Virus record (IMG/VR): IMGVR_UViG_3300023174_002543
Location: 303,105 to 367,104 of that record
Strand: one strand, 5' to 3'
Length of the DNA: 64,000 nt
Both the position numbers and the translations under genes were made by a program. Shown piece after piece: positions 37,879-48,277 of the stretch (its first letter is position 1; each line of letters starts with the position of its first letter). The notes under the pieces are model-generated. The model was not told where the DNA came from. It saw only the letters and a list, made by a program, of their open reading frames with translations, and did no database searches.

Positions 37879-39426
37879 TTATGCGAATACTGCAAAGAAG
37901 GGTAAGGGCATGATAATTTCCTGATGGTCGCGGATATGATTCTCTAAATCCACGTTAAAATCGCTTAATTGTTGCATAACTCTAACTGATAATAATGCGG
38001 CCATAATCAAATCGTCAGTTTCACCTAATTTTGCCTCATAACTAGCACCTTTTGCAACAAAGGTCTTTAATTCTGATATTAGGCTTTTGCTATGTACTTT
38101 AAGTTTCTTACTTTCTAGTAATGACTTGAACTTTGCACAAGCAGTTAATTTACTCTTATTAGTTGTAGTAAATCCCTTGCGTTTCTTTCCGGGCTCACTG
38201 ATAAAGTTACCTACAATGTTTTGCTCACCGTACTCATTTAATGATACTAATGCTGCTTCTCCAACAGAGTTATTCTCAATACTATAATAGATATTTTTTG
38301 GTTCTGTTGTACAGTCAACAATGTACTTGTTAATCTGTGCTATCAATTTAATTTGATTAGGGATATCAGTTTTATTATGCTTCCATTCACCAACTTGAGT
38401 AGTAGTGTTTGCTTCAAATATTTGTATACCTGCTGGATCACCGCCTGTACCAATACTAGGATCTAATGTAACAACATATATGTTGCCCTTTTTAGGTGTC
38501 TTATACCAACGTATTTGTCCTTGACGTAATATAGGCTCAGTACCATCTAATTCAATTAGTGTACTAGGATTGATTAATGTTTCATCAGCGATAATGAATT
38601 CGCAATTCATTTCTCGACGGAATCTATCTTCACCTAGTTGTGAACGCATTTCATCAGCCCACTTTTCATCACGTTCTGGATGTGCATGCCATGTTGCTTT
38701 ATATGCTTTGAATCCGTTTACACCCAAATCAGTTGTATTGCCAAACTCATCTTCGCACTTGTTAGCGCCCTTCCAGATTAAAGCAAATTGGTCTTCGTCA
38801 GAGTTAGGGGTTGATGTGATAATAGCTTTACCACCAGTACTTAATGTTGGTGTAATAGATGTCCAGAATTCTTGTGCGATAGTAGGTCTTACGAATGCAA
38901 ACTCGTCAAGGTATAGTAATGAAATAGATAGACCACGACCTGTATTTTCTGTAGTTGTTGCACTAACAATACGACTACCGTTATCAAATGTTAAACTACC
39001 TTTGTTATAATCAACTGCACCTGCTTTAATATGATCGGGGCAATTTTCGTATGCATAACGAACACGTTGCATAATCTCTTGTGCACCAGCATACTTGTGT
39101 GCTGCAATTAGTACTGTGCTGTCTGGTACAAACATTGCATACCATAGTAAGTAACCTGCGGCACTAGTTGACTTACCTGTTTGTCGAGCCATCAAGTTGA
39201 TACTGAATCTATACTTATGATATGTTTCAATTAATTCACGTTGAAAGTCCCATGGGTGATAGTGCATACTACCGCGTGTTGGGTGCTGTATCATAAAGAA
39301 GTTATCCATGAAGTATAGATAACCTGTATCCGGGTCACAGCATTTGATATAGTCTTCTAAGTCTTTATCAGTCTTAAACTTTGTTTTCTTATAAGGAGTC
39401 TTAACTAGTGTTGGGGTATCTGCCAT
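37879..39426 (-). CDS. Terminase large subunit (T4 gp17-like)
   Basis: ARQTGKS, LLYLDEFAF, TSTPN, TLDPS, IENNSVG, TDDLIMA. Confidence 0.93.
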   Translation of the reverse strand: MADTPTLVKTPYKKTKFKTDKDLEDYIKCCDPDTGYLYFMDNFFMIQHPTRGSMHYHPWDFQRELIETYHKYRFSINLMARQTGKSTSAAGYLLWYAMFVPDSTVLIAAHKYAGAQEIMQRVRYAYENCPDHIKAGAVDYNKGSLTFDNGSRIVSATTTENTGRGLSISLLYLDEFAFVRPTIAQEFWTSITPTLSTGGKAIITSTPNSDEDQFALIWKGANKCEDEFGNTTDLGVNGFKAYKATWHAHPERDEKWADEMRSQLGEDRFRREMNCEFIIADETLINPSTLIELDGTEPILRQGQIRWYKTPKKGNIYVVTLDPSIGTGGDPAGIQIFEANTTTQVGEWKHNKTDIPNQIKLIAQINKYIVDCTTEPKNIYYSIENNSVGEAALVSLNEYGEQNIVGNFISEPGKKRKGFTTTNKSKLTACAKFKSLLESKKLKVHSKSLISELKTFVAKGASYEAKLGETDDLIMAALLSVRVMQQLSDFNVDLENHIRDHQEIIMPLPFFAVFA

Positions 39427-39457
39427 AATAGTATTTAGTAAACACAGGGAACTGTAT

Positions 39458-40921
39458 TTATATTCCGTATTTACTCCGTAGTGCGTTGAAGTTTTGTTGA
39501 ATCTGACTTGCGTTTAATGCTTCTCCGTAGATAGCAACTGCGCCAATATCGCCACGCCAATAGTTGTCTGACCGTGCTACTGCTTCAATTCCACTGTTTA
39601 TAAATTGATAAAATGTTACGCTAGTATTTGGTGTGCCTATCTGGCGTCCGTTGACATAATAAGTTACTACCCCACCGGTGGTTTGTGTTGCAGCTACGAC
39701 TATCCACTGGTTATCTGTCACCGTGAAAGATGCAGATACAGATGGCGCCCATGGAGACGTAGGACCGGTGCTGAAATGCAGTCGCCAAGTAGTTCCTGAT
39801 ATATGATACATGTAGGTATTGAAGTTACGAACATTGGTGCTACCACCAAACAAGTTACGATAAGTAGCATCGGCGGTGTTAGCATTGACAGTTCTAATTG
39901 CAAACATTGCGGTCTTGCCGGTGAGGGCCACATTCATTTTAGATGTGGTTACAGGAGCAAATTGATTAGTACCATTAAAACTAAAATAACTTGCTGTACT
40001 AGCACTAGTAAAAGATGGACCGTTAGTCAAAGTGGCATTGTTTTGATAAGTGCTAAGGTCCGTCCAGGTTGTTCCTGATCCCGAATAGCTTGTAGGATTA
40101 CCTGCATCTAATTGTAGTAGTAATCCTGAAGTAACCATAGAGTATATCCAAGGACGACCTTCAATCAATCCATCAGGATTTGGATTGTCAACTATATCAT
40201 TGTCAGAATACTGTGTTGGCAATTGTGTGATATCATATGTTGCTCTAGGGTTGCCTAATGCGGCTCTATTTGTTTCGGCCAAATCAAGTTTGGCAATCTG
40301 TCTAGCCTCTTTGTCTGCTAGGCCGCCGGTGGCTGGTGTTATAGTCCATTGTGTTGTGGTTGTTTTAGCAACTCTCTGCCAAACACCAGTAGCGTAGATG
40401 CGCCAGTCTTGTTCAACATACGCAGGAAAGGCGCCGCTGGTTCCAGTAACTGTTGTATCGTAAGCATCACCTTCTGTGCCAATACCATCAGTCAGTGTAG
40501 GAGTGTTAGTAAAAGCGTTCCACGTGCCTTTGTATGTTGCGACATTTATTACTGTTTCAATTAGTGGATTAGTGACTGCCCCACAAACGGCCGCGGCTTT
40601 GGCCATATAATTGTCTATTGTAGTATTGCCCTTTATGATGCCAATGCTAGTTCCATACTCATCATACAAGAAGTTGCCTGCTGTTACTGCATAATCACCG
40701 GTCTGATGACTGGTCAATGTGACGGCAGAGCCTATCCCCAACGATGTTACATATAATTTGTATGAGACATCATTTGTTGCCCCCAATGCACCTGCATAAT
40801 TTAAACTCCAAATAGCTGAGTAAGGAGGAACAATCTCAGTATTAGTATGTGGCGGACTAACATTTTTTGTGAGAGTAGTCCCACTTGCTATCATCAGGGT
40901 TGATATTCCGTTTAGTGCCAT
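39458..40921 (-). CDS. Virion fibre/receptor-binding protein with C-terminal LamG/ConA-like domain
   Basis: GLLLQLDAGNPTSYSGSGTTWTDLS...YVNG...IQQNFNALRSKYG. Confidence 0.75.
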   Translation of the reverse strand: MALNGISTLMIASGTTLTKNVSPPHTNTEIVPPYSAIWSLNYAGALGATNDVSYKLYVTSLGIGSAVTLTSHQTGDYAVTAGNFLYDEYGTSIGIIKGNTTIDNYMAKAAAVCGAVTNPLIETVINVATYKGTWNAFTNTPTLTDGIGTEGDAYDTTVTGTSGAFPAYVEQDWRIYATGVWQRVAKTTTTQWTITPATGGLADKEARQIAKLDLAETNRAALGNPRATYDITQLPTQYSDNDIVDNPNPDGLIEGRPWIYSMVTSGLLLQLDAGNPTSYSGSGTTWTDLSTYQNNATLTNGPSFTSASTASYFSFNGTNQFAPVTTSKMNVALTGKTAMFAIRTVNANTADATYRNLFGGSTNVRNFNTYMYHISGTTWRLHFSTGPTSPWAPSVSASFTVTDNQWIVVAATQTTGGVVTYYVNGRQIGTPNTSVTFYQFINSGIEAVARSDNYWRGDIGAVAIYGEALNASQIQQNFNALRSKYGI

Positions 40922-40939
40922 GTTATTTTCCTAATTTAA

Positions 40940-41680
40940 TTATAAACCAAACGCAGTTTTAGCTTCGTTGTAGTTTGTAGTTACAGCAGTTTGGTCTAAC
41001 ACACTATCATATACTCTTACCATAAAATATTTGCCATGTGCAGCATCATTTATTGTGTTTATTGTACCAACGTTGGGGTGTCTGGCACCAATCTGTAAGC
41101 TATTAGTTGATACACCACCTGAAGGTTGAGCAAATGTACCTGAAGATTTTGTTTGTAATGTACCATTTAAATAGAATTTCAATGTTGATCCGGTGACAGT
41201 AATTAGATAGTGATTTCTATTTGCTTTTGCGCCGGATGACAAGGTATAATTCTCAAAAGAACCGGATGGTGATCCAATTGCTAGTATTGTGTCACTGCCA
41301 AAATATGCAAGAAATCCTTTATTAAAGCTATATGCCTCATTACCAAACAAAGTGTTCCAATAACTTGTAGCACTAATACTTGCTACTATTTCAATAGTAA
41401 ATGTTGATGGTAAATTATACGGAATATCAATCATTGCACCGTTAAGACCCGTAGTACCGGTTGTGACTATGCCACCGCCATTAGCTGAGTTATAAGCATA
41501 ATTACCTGTACCTGACTTGCGTAGAGTACCATCGTAACCATTACCTGAAGTGTCTGTCCATGTTGTTCCACTTGATGGAGCTGATTGTAGGTATACTTTT
41601 AGTCCTCCGCCGCCTCCTCCAGAGCTAGCCCCAAATGTGATTCCTGAACCTATTGTTACTCCTGAATATATTATTGTCAT
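40940..41680 (-). CDS. LamG/ConA-like lectin-domain virion protein
   Basis: SGTTWTDTSGNG, KFYLNG, LQIG, VRVYDSVL. Confidence 0.75.
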   Translation of the reverse strand: MTIIYSGVTIGSGITFGASSGGGGGGLKVYLQSAPSSGTTWTDTSGNGYDGTLRKSGTGNYAYNSANGGGIVTTGTTGLNGAMIDIPYNLPSTFTIEIVASISATSYWNTLFGNEAYSFNKGFLAYFGSDTILAIGSPSGSFENYTLSSGAKANRNHYLITVTGSTLKFYLNGTLQTKSSGTFAQPSGGVSTNSLQIGARHPNVGTINTINDAAHGKYFMVRVYDSVLDQTAVTTNYNEAKTAFGL

Positions 41681-41681
41681 G

Positions 41682-41963
41682 TTATTTTCCTATAGGCTTT
41701 TCGCCGGTTAAATATGGTCTACTAAACCATAACTGGAACCATTCTTTAGTTCCAGGTTGTATATTATGTTTTTTCATTAGCTGACCTTTTTCGTTTCCAG
41801 TAATACTAATATTACTTTCTTCTCCTATAACTTGAGGGGTTATTCCGCTTAGTTTTTTAAGGTCTTCTAGTGTTGTGTCAACGTTTTCCTGATGTGACGG
41901 AATGGACTTGAGTTTGTCAAATCCATTCATTAACTGTTTTTGTTTCCATACATCAAAGGACAT
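41682..41963 (-). CDS. Hypothetical protein
   Basis: IQPGTKEWFQLWFS; TAAATA 4 nt before the ATG. Confidence 0.7.
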   Translation of the reverse strand: MSFDVWKQKQLMNGFDKLKSIPSHQENVDTTLEDLKKLSGITPQVIGEESNISITGNEKGQLMKKHNIQPGTKEWFQLWFSRPYLTGEKPIGK

Positions 41964-41980
41964 GATGTATTTAGCTAGAT

Positions 41981-42670
41981 TTACTTGATATCGATAGGTC
42001 TTGTCTTGGTGACAACAACCGCGTAATAGACTTCTGGAATAGTTGCGGCCTCATCATTCTGTGGATTTTTTACAGTTAAATCAAACTTCATGTCGTTGAA
42101 TTTATCGATTCTAAATCCCGTACGTTCTAATAAAGCGGCCAGTTGCACGTGACCCATAACACTATAATGCTCTGTATTGAATTCGTGTTTTCTTTCAGAA
42201 TTAGGGGCAGGTACTTCAATATACATTTTTGCACCCAATTTCATTATTCTATTATACTCAACTAATGTGAAAATAGGATATGGACTACATTGTAACATTT
42301 GTCGCATAAACACGAAATCAATAGTTTCATCATTAAAACCATCTTTTTGTGGTAAAAAGGTCATATCATAATTTCTTACGTTGTGACCTTTTGTTTTACA
42401 TATTTCGGTATCTTTTTCATTTAGTGTGATACCCAACATGTTAGTATAACCCTTGTCTTTCATGTTGTCCATAAAGTAACCCTGACCACAGCCTATATCT
42501 AATATAGCTGCATTTTTAGGAATATCCAATGGATCAATATGCATTTCAATTGATTTATTAGTTACATCTTTGTGGAATTCACTAGTTGGGTCACTTGACA
42601 TGACGGTATAAATCCATTCATTAAAGAATTTAAACTTTACCAAGTCAAGAGTTTTATTTATATCAATCAT
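41981..42670 (-). CDS. Class I SAM-dependent methyltransferase
   Basis: ILDIGCGQG motif I; YIEVP. Confidence 0.8.
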   Translation of the reverse strand: MIDINKTLDLVKFKFFNEWIYTVMSSDPTSEFHKDVTNKSIEMHIDPLDIPKNAAILDIGCGQGYFMDNMKDKGYTNMLGITLNEKDTEICKTKGHNVRNYDMTFLPQKDGFNDETIDFVFMRQMLQCSPYPIFTLVEYNRIMKLGAKMYIEVPAPNSERKHEFNTEHYSVMGHVQLAALLERTGFRIDKFNDMKFDLTVKNPQNDEAATIPEVYYAVVVTKTRPIDIK

Positions 42671-42722
42671 TTATTATCCTATAAGTTAATAATATTACTT
42701 ATCAGGATAACGTGTTATGATT

Positions 42723-43127
42723 TTATTTTTTCTTTATGGCTTTTTTGTCTGACTTTTCAGAACTAAAGCCCTTAAAGCCTAACACAGGACTAACTTTATG
42801 AGTATCATCAAGTTCTTTACTTTTCATGTCACCGTGATTGAGGTCTTTATATGATGCACCAACAGCCTTATATGCTTGCTTTAGCATATCTTGTTCTTCT
42901 TTTGTATAAGGGTGAGCTGTTTTCTTTTTACCAATCCAACTTTTTGCTTTCATGTCTATTGGATCTTTTCCGTTTGCACCAGCAACTGCCATACCTAAAC
43001 GATAAGAAGTATAGTCTGCGGACATAAGTTCTGCATCACCGTACGTGTTTAAACCAGCCGTTGATTGTGATTGTCTTTTAGAAATTTTCTTTTGACTTGA
43101 CTCTGATATGAATTCATTGGCTCTCAT
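42723..43127 (-). CDS. Putative internal head protein (MRANEFISE)
   Basis: N-terminal motif shared with other late ORFs. Confidence 0.55.
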   Translation of the reverse strand: MRANEFISESSQKKISKRQSQSTAGLNTYGDAELMSADYTSYRLGMAVAGANGKDPIDMKAKSWIGKKKTAHPYTKEEQDMLKQAYKAVGASYKDLNHGDMKSKELDDTHKVSPVLGFKGFSSEKSDKKAIKKK

Positions 43128-43128
43128 A

Positions 43129-43941
43129 TTAATTGTTTATTTCGTATGATATTAAATGAACAATAGGGTCTGCAAACTGCGGACTTACCATTATTCTAAC
43201 GTTACTAAAATGAAGGTCAACGTTGTATTTTGTAACTGGGAGACTAGAAAACACAGTACTATGTGCTGTATATCGTAGTACACCTTTATCCCCGGTTACC
43301 ACAATATTAAGTTCTACTGACTGAGTATAATTGGTACTGATATTTCTACTAGAAGCAATTTTGAATTTGCCAGTAGTAAATGTTGCCGCCGGAGTTTCAT
43401 AAATCACTTGATTTATTGTTGCGTCTGGAGTTGTTACTTTAGCTGATCCAATAATAACGTTACCATATGCTAGACTATTACCCAATGCAACATTACCTGA
43501 AGTAATAATATTACCACTGACTTGAATATCATTTAAGCCGGCTAAACTAATCTTAGCACCAGGAGTACCTACAATAGAGAACGTAATAGTGTTACCGGTT
43601 TCAGCAATATTTACATTTCCTACATCAAGTCCTACATTACTTAGATATAATTTATGTATTGGGGAAGGACGTGATCCTATGTTTACATTGGCGCCAGTTA
43701 TTACACCTACATTTGAACCAATTCTAATTGAATTATTACTGAATAATAAATTAGGACTGCCAGTATAAGAATTACCAATTTTGTACTGCAATGAGCCCTC
43801 AATACCCCCCGGGGCTGGGAAGCTAATCGCTGAAAGAGTGCTAAAATTATTGTTAATTTTATCAAAGGCTACACGTAACGGGTCACCTGTACCATCATTT
43901 GCTAATGCACCAATATCAATTAATTCAACTTGTACTGCCAT
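43129..43941 (-). CDS. Baseplate wedge/fibre connector (T4 gp9/gp10-like N-terminus)
   Basis: IDIGALANDGTGDPLRVAFDKINNNF. Confidence 0.7.
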   Translation of the reverse strand: MAVQVELIDIGALANDGTGDPLRVAFDKINNNFSTLSAISFPAPGGIEGSLQYKIGNSYTGSPNLLFSNNSIRIGSNVGVITGANVNIGSRPSPIHKLYLSNVGLDVGNVNIAETGNTITFSIVGTPGAKISLAGLNDIQVSGNIITSGNVALGNSLAYGNVIIGSAKVTTPDATINQVIYETPAATFTTGKFKIASSRNISTNYTQSVELNIVVTGDKGVLRYTAHSTVFSSLPVTKYNVDLHFSNVRIMVSPQFADPIVHLISYEINN

Positions 43942-44024
43942 GTTTTTATTCCATTAATAATATATTTATCTTTTATTGTATGGGCACGATATTCCACTAA
44001 ATATATGACTTTAAAGGAGCTTTT

Positions 44025-44846
44025 ATGCGTAAAATTATGTTGTCATTGGCACTATTAGTAGTAAGTTCAATGACGTTTGCTTGGACACAACGTCCTCCCC
44101 TGGATCCACAATCATGTAAAATACACGCCCCGTATGGATTCCCCCAAGCAATCGGCGTTAATCCTATATGCCGTCAGGCATACTTAGTTGGATACGATGC
44201 TCCGGCAAAACTACCAAGATTTGTTACTTATGAATTAATACCTCAAAATGCATTGGGATGTGTTGCACGTACTAACGCATTTGTTGCAGACCAATCGGTA
44301 GCCGGTGGTGCTAGACCAGATGACTATGCCGGTACAGGATATGATAAAGGTCACATGGTTCCTGATGGTGACTTAAGTTGGGATCAACAAGTAGAATATG
44401 AAAGTTTCTTAATGACTAATATGAGTCCTCAAGCAGGTTCATTAAATCGTGGAATTTGGAAATTATTAGAAACTAGTGTGCGTGGTTGGGCAGTTCAGCG
44501 TAATCAAAGCTATACAATTTATGTTGGTGGAATATACAATGCACAAGACAAAAAAATCGGTCAGGGTGTTGTAGTTCCGCATCAATTTTATAAGATTGTA
44601 ATTAATAATCAAACTAAAGAAGTTGCTGGATGGTTATTCCCACACGTACCGCCCTATCCTAATTTAGGTAATGACTTAACTAAATTTCGTATTCCTATTA
44701 CTGATATTATGAAACAAGCAAGCGTTACGTATGCTTTCCCTCAAGGTGCTATTGAATTATCTCCTGGTAAAGAATGGCCAGTTGACTATGGCGCATTAAC
44801 AAATGCTAAACGTAAAAAATGCGGTAATAATGCATCAAGCGAATAA
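44025..44846 (+). CDS. Secreted sugar-non-specific DNA/RNA endonuclease (NucA/EndoG family)
   Basis: Signal peptide; YDKGHMVP, TNMSPQ...LNRGIW..LE, VPHQFYK. Confidence 0.9.
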   Translation: MRKIMLSLALLVVSSMTFAWTQRPPLDPQSCKIHAPYGFPQAIGVNPICRQAYLVGYDAPAKLPRFVTYELIPQNALGCVARTNAFVADQSVAGGARPDDYAGTGYDKGHMVPDGDLSWDQQVEYESFLMTNMSPQAGSLNRGIWKLLETSVRGWAVQRNQSYTIYVGGIYNAQDKKIGQGVVVPHQFYKIVINNQTKEVAGWLFPHVPPYPNLGNDLTKFRIPITDIMKQASVTYAFPQGAIELSPGKEWPVDYGALTNAKRKKCGNNASSE

Positions 44847-45004
44847 GAGGATATAGTCTACTTTATGTAGGCTCTACTCAATTCTAAATATATGAATGAG
44901 TAGAGAATATACATTGCTTGATTGGATAAGTGATTTGCCACCAAGAGTTTTCTTTTGGGGAGTAGTTGCTATTGTTTTAGGATCGTGGACATTTGCAATG
45001 GCTA

Positions 45005-45835
45005 TTATTTTGATTTATCTTCGTTTTTTCTAAATTCTTCCTCTTCACGCTCTCGTCTTTCTTGGTTAGCTCTTGACCAATTTAAATGTTCTTGTTTTCG
45101 TTCTTGTCGTTTTTTAGCCAATACATCAGGTTCTAATTCAGGCCATCTTACTTTTCTATCGTGTGATATGTAGGCAAACAATGCAACCATTGCAAGCCCT
45201 ACTATTAGTACTGCGCCGGCCCACAATAAATCTTCCATCATGGCTTTCATTTTTTGTCTTTTTCGTTCGGCAATTATTTGGTCAGCACGAACTTTCTTAG
45301 TAAAAAGAACTTTTTGTTCCTTACTAAGTTGTGTCATCATCTCATTGACCTCAGTATATAATGCCCCGAGTTCCGGTGGACTCTGATAAATCATAATCTC
45401 ACGTAATTCAACACCCATTTGGTCTAATTGTTTTTTCATTAAGACACGTTGCAATGCCCTTTTACCTAGACTATCATCACCGGTGTATAATTCTTCACGA
45501 CTTCTACGTTCTTCTTCATCAAGCAATATCATGCACTTATAGTAATTGTCGTAATAGGTACCTAGATGTTCACCTAATTCAGTATAGATACTAGTGGTCT
45601 CACCTTGCTTTTTGTTTAATTCAATTACACGATTTTTTTCTTCTATATATGCATTTTTTTGTGCAGTACTAGCAGGCTTATCCGGTGGGTGTAGTTTATG
45701 AAATTGGTCGTCAAGGTCCTTGAGGACGCCCTTAACATCCCCAGCTGCACTTTTAATATCTTTGTATAGCTGGCACCCCTTCTTAACGGCGGCTACCGCC
45801 CCGTTGGCAAGGGCGAAGAGGGTTAGAGGATCCAC
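45005..45835 (-). CDS. Coiled-coil protein with a C-terminal TM segment
   Basis: GTG start; one hydrophobic segment near the C-terminus. Confidence 0.65.
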   Translation of the reverse strand: MDPLTLFALANGAVAAVKKGCQLYKDIKSAAGDVKGVLKDLDDQFHKLHPPDKPASTAQKNAYIEEKNRVIELNKKQGETTSIYTELGEHLGTYYDNYYKCMILLDEEERRSREELYTGDDSLGKRALQRVLMKKQLDQMGVELREIMIYQSPPELGALYTEVNEMMTQLSKEQKVLFTKKVRADQIIAERKRQKMKAMMEDLLWAGAVLIVGLAMVALFAYISHDRKVRWPELEPDVLAKKRQERKQEHLNWSRANQERREREEEEFRKNEDKSK

Positions 45836-45847
45836 CTTAGTGGCTCT

Positions 45848-46438
45848 TTAAAAGAATAGAAATATACCCTGTGCTGAAAGTAATAATCCTAGACCGGCAA
45901 CAAAGAAACTGCCCCAGAACATTGACATACTAACTGCAAGGATACTTGCTGATAACACAACAATACTTAGTTGGTACATAGTACTTGCATAACCAATCCA
46001 TGGGCTGCGCTTTTTGGCTTCGTCACGTTCAGCTTCTAACTTACGTGCTTTTTCCATTAATTCAACTTTACCTTCACCGGTCTTTGGATCAGATTCATAA
46101 CGGTCGATCTTAGCTTTTAATTTTTCAATTTTATCTACTTGCTTGCGTTCTATAGCATTTTCTAGTGATATTTCAGCTAGTGTTTGTTTGATACTCTTTG
46201 CTTGATAAAACGCCCATACGTTATTTGCTTTGATTGTATTGTTTAATGTTAAACTACTCAATGTACCACCGTACCAGCTATTTACTGCTAATAACAATGC
46301 AAATATAGAAATAACCATACCGGCTTTATCTTTTAGTTTAGCCTCACGTTCGCTACGTGAACCGACCGGCGGCTTAGGTGCATTTGGATCTTTTGGTTGT
46401 TTGTTTACTAAATTCAATACGCTATCTATTAATGCCAT
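45848..46438 (-). CDS. Membrane protein resembling DUF4337
   Basis: TM segment, WAFYQAKSIK, QLSIVVLSAS, TM segments. Confidence 0.65.
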   Translation of the reverse strand: MALIDSVLNLVNKQPKDPNAPKPPVGSRSEREAKLKDKAGMVISIFALLLAVNSWYGGTLSSLTLNNTIKANNVWAFYQAKSIKQTLAEISLENAIERKQVDKIEKLKAKIDRYESDPKTGEGKVELMEKARKLEAERDEAKKRSPWIGYASTMYQLSIVVLSASILAVSMSMFWGSFFVAGLGLLLSAQGIFLFF

Positions 46439-46463
46439 TTTTGACTCCTTTATATATTTTTTA

Positions 46464-46721
46464 TTATGCTAAACTTGCTAAACTAATTAAACCATTTATT
46501 GCGGTATTCATTAATATCAAGTTGTCCTGCTCTACCATATGTTGGTTGATATTTAATTCTCTTTGGATATCTTTAATCAACTCTATATATTCTTCTCTAC
46601 TAATCTCACCCTTCATACACATCTCTGTGTATTCATGTACCTTAGCGGCAGCATCAGTTACATCTGGGTTTCTACTATTTACACTTGCTAATTCTTCTTG
46701 GTGTTGCTGTACTGTGCTCAT
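46464..46721 (-). CDS. Hypothetical protein
   Basis: 85-aa coupled ORF. Confidence 0.6.
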   Translation of the reverse strand: MSTVQQHQEELASVNSRNPDVTDAAAKVHEYTEMCMKGEISREEYIELIKDIQRELNINQHMVEQDNLILMNTAINGLISLASLA

Positions 46722-47125
46722 CTTGGTTTACTCCCCTCACTTTTTTGCATAGTATTTGCGGATTCTTCTATGTTCTTAAATTTAATTTTACAAAACACAG
46801 GACTTACTGTTCCGCTATCATATTTGTCAGATAATCCCTTTACCATATCATTTAGTTCAACTGTTGCCTTTTGCATTGGTTTATTATGTGGTAAGTGTTC
46901 TGCATAGTGCATTAAAAATGAACTAGTGTACGCTAATTCTTTTGCTACCCTTTTAGATTCTACTACGTCACTGCATTTATCTTTAGCAACGCCGGCTTTA
47001 GTTCTAATTTCAGTGATTAATTTATATTCATTACTGTCATACTTCATTAAGTATGCATCTATTGCATCATTAAATGTAGCACATCCCGTTAATAATATTA
47101 CTGCTATTAATAGTAACTTTTTCAT
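46718..47125 (-). CDS. Lipoprotein
   Basis: MKK + hydrophobic stretch + LTGC lipobox. Confidence 0.75.
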   Translation of the reverse strand: MKKLLLIAVILLTGCATFNDAIDAYLMKYDSNEYKLITEIRTKAGVAKDKCSDVVESKRVAKELAYTSSFLMHYAEHLPHNKPMQKATVELNDMVKGLSDKYDSGTVSPVFCKIKFKNIEESANTMQKSEGSKPR

Positions 47126-47409
47126 TTAACGCTTTCAAATATATTTTTCTGTAGTTGGTACCATTCAATCCAGGTATCAAGTTTAACTGCACACTCATAA
47201 TAAGTTGAATAGTTGATTGAAATTGTATTTGATATATCACTTAATTTTGCATCCTCTTTTAGTTTTTGTAAATTAGGACAATTCTCCATTGCTATTTTAC
47301 TAGGACTATCCGGGAAGTTTTGCTTTACAGGAACGGTGGTACTGCATCCTGTGGCTAAGAATGCAAGCACAATAAAAATTAATAATACAAACCATTTAAT
47401 TAAGTTCAT
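47122..47409 (-). CDS. o-spanin (Rz1-like) lipoprotein
   Basis: LATGC lipobox, VPV..FP..P...CP.L, YYECA...WIEW. Confidence 0.7.
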   Translation of the reverse strand: MNLIKWFVLLIFIVLAFLATGCSTTVPVKQNFPDSPSKIAMENCPNLQKLKEDAKLSDISNTISINYSTYYECAVKLDTWIEWYQLQKNIFESVK

Positions 47410-47813
47410 TATTTTCCTTGCTGAGCCATATAATCTGCACCTGATATCGTAGTAACAGGACTGCTTAATTTACGCATTTTTTGCTTTTCTTTTTGATATT
47501 GTTGCCCTGGTTGCATAAAACTCTTACGGTCACTCTTTAATCTATCCATTATGGCACGGACTTGTTCTCTATAGATATCTAATTTACTTTGTAATGGTAA
47601 ACTATCTTGTGGATCTGTTGCCACACCCTTACCAACTAGGTCAGGGCTAATACCGCGTTGTTCTAATTTCTGTAGTAATTCTTCTTTGTATTGTTTTAAT
47701 AATCCCAATTCTTTAGCATCTAAATTACTGCGAACTACTGCCAATTGGTCAGCACTATAGCCACTGTATGGGTTAGAACCACGACCTTCATTAATTATTT
47801 CATTTATTTTCAT
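47409..47813 (-). CDS. Putative internal head protein (MKINEIINE) between the spanin genes
   Basis: N-terminal motif; coupled at both ends. Confidence 0.55.
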   Translation of the reverse strand: MKINEIINEGRGSNPYSGYSADQLAVVRSNLDAKELGLLKQYKEELLQKLEQRGISPDLVGKGVATDPQDSLPLQSKLDIYREQVRAIMDRLKSDRKSFMQPGQQYQKEKQKMRKLSSPVTTISGADYMAQQGK

Positions 47814-48271
47814 TTTTTTGGAGCCTCTGCTGAATCATTGTGTGCTTTAATAAATTCGCTAGGAATTGGACACTCACCGCCGGGTGCGAATTTAGTATCA
47901 TATTTTGTGACTTCACGGTCTATGTACTGTTTAATAACTATCCCTTTTTCTCGGATAATCTTAACTTTTTGTTGTGCTTTATTATCCAGTTTTACATTGG
48001 CCTGTTTAGATTGTTCCTCTGCTATTGCTATTTTAGCCTGCATATCGGCAACACGCTTACGCCATTCCATTTCAGTTCCATATCCACCGGCAAAATATAC
48101 CCCTAATAATATGAACAATAGTGATATGATGCGTATTATTTGCTGATAAGGGACTAAAACTGGGAATAATTTTAGTAAAAAACTAGCCATGTACAGGACT
48201 ATCCCAGTTGCTATAATAGCAAAGATAGTCATGTGTAAATAAAGATCGGGTATAAAGTTGAGTATCCACAT
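47810..48271 (-). CDS. i-spanin (Rz-like)
   Basis: N-terminal TM segments, coiled coil, IKQYIDREV...CPIP.EFIKAHN. Confidence 0.7.
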   Translation of the reverse strand: MWILNFIPDLYLHMTIFAIIATGIVLYMASFLLKLFPVLVPYQQIIRIISLLFILLGVYFAGGYGTEMEWRKRVADMQAKIAIAEEQSKQANVKLDNKAQQKVKIIREKGIVIKQYIDREVTKYDTKFAPGGECPIPSEFIKAHNDSAEAPKK

Positions 48272-48277
48272 ATACTA

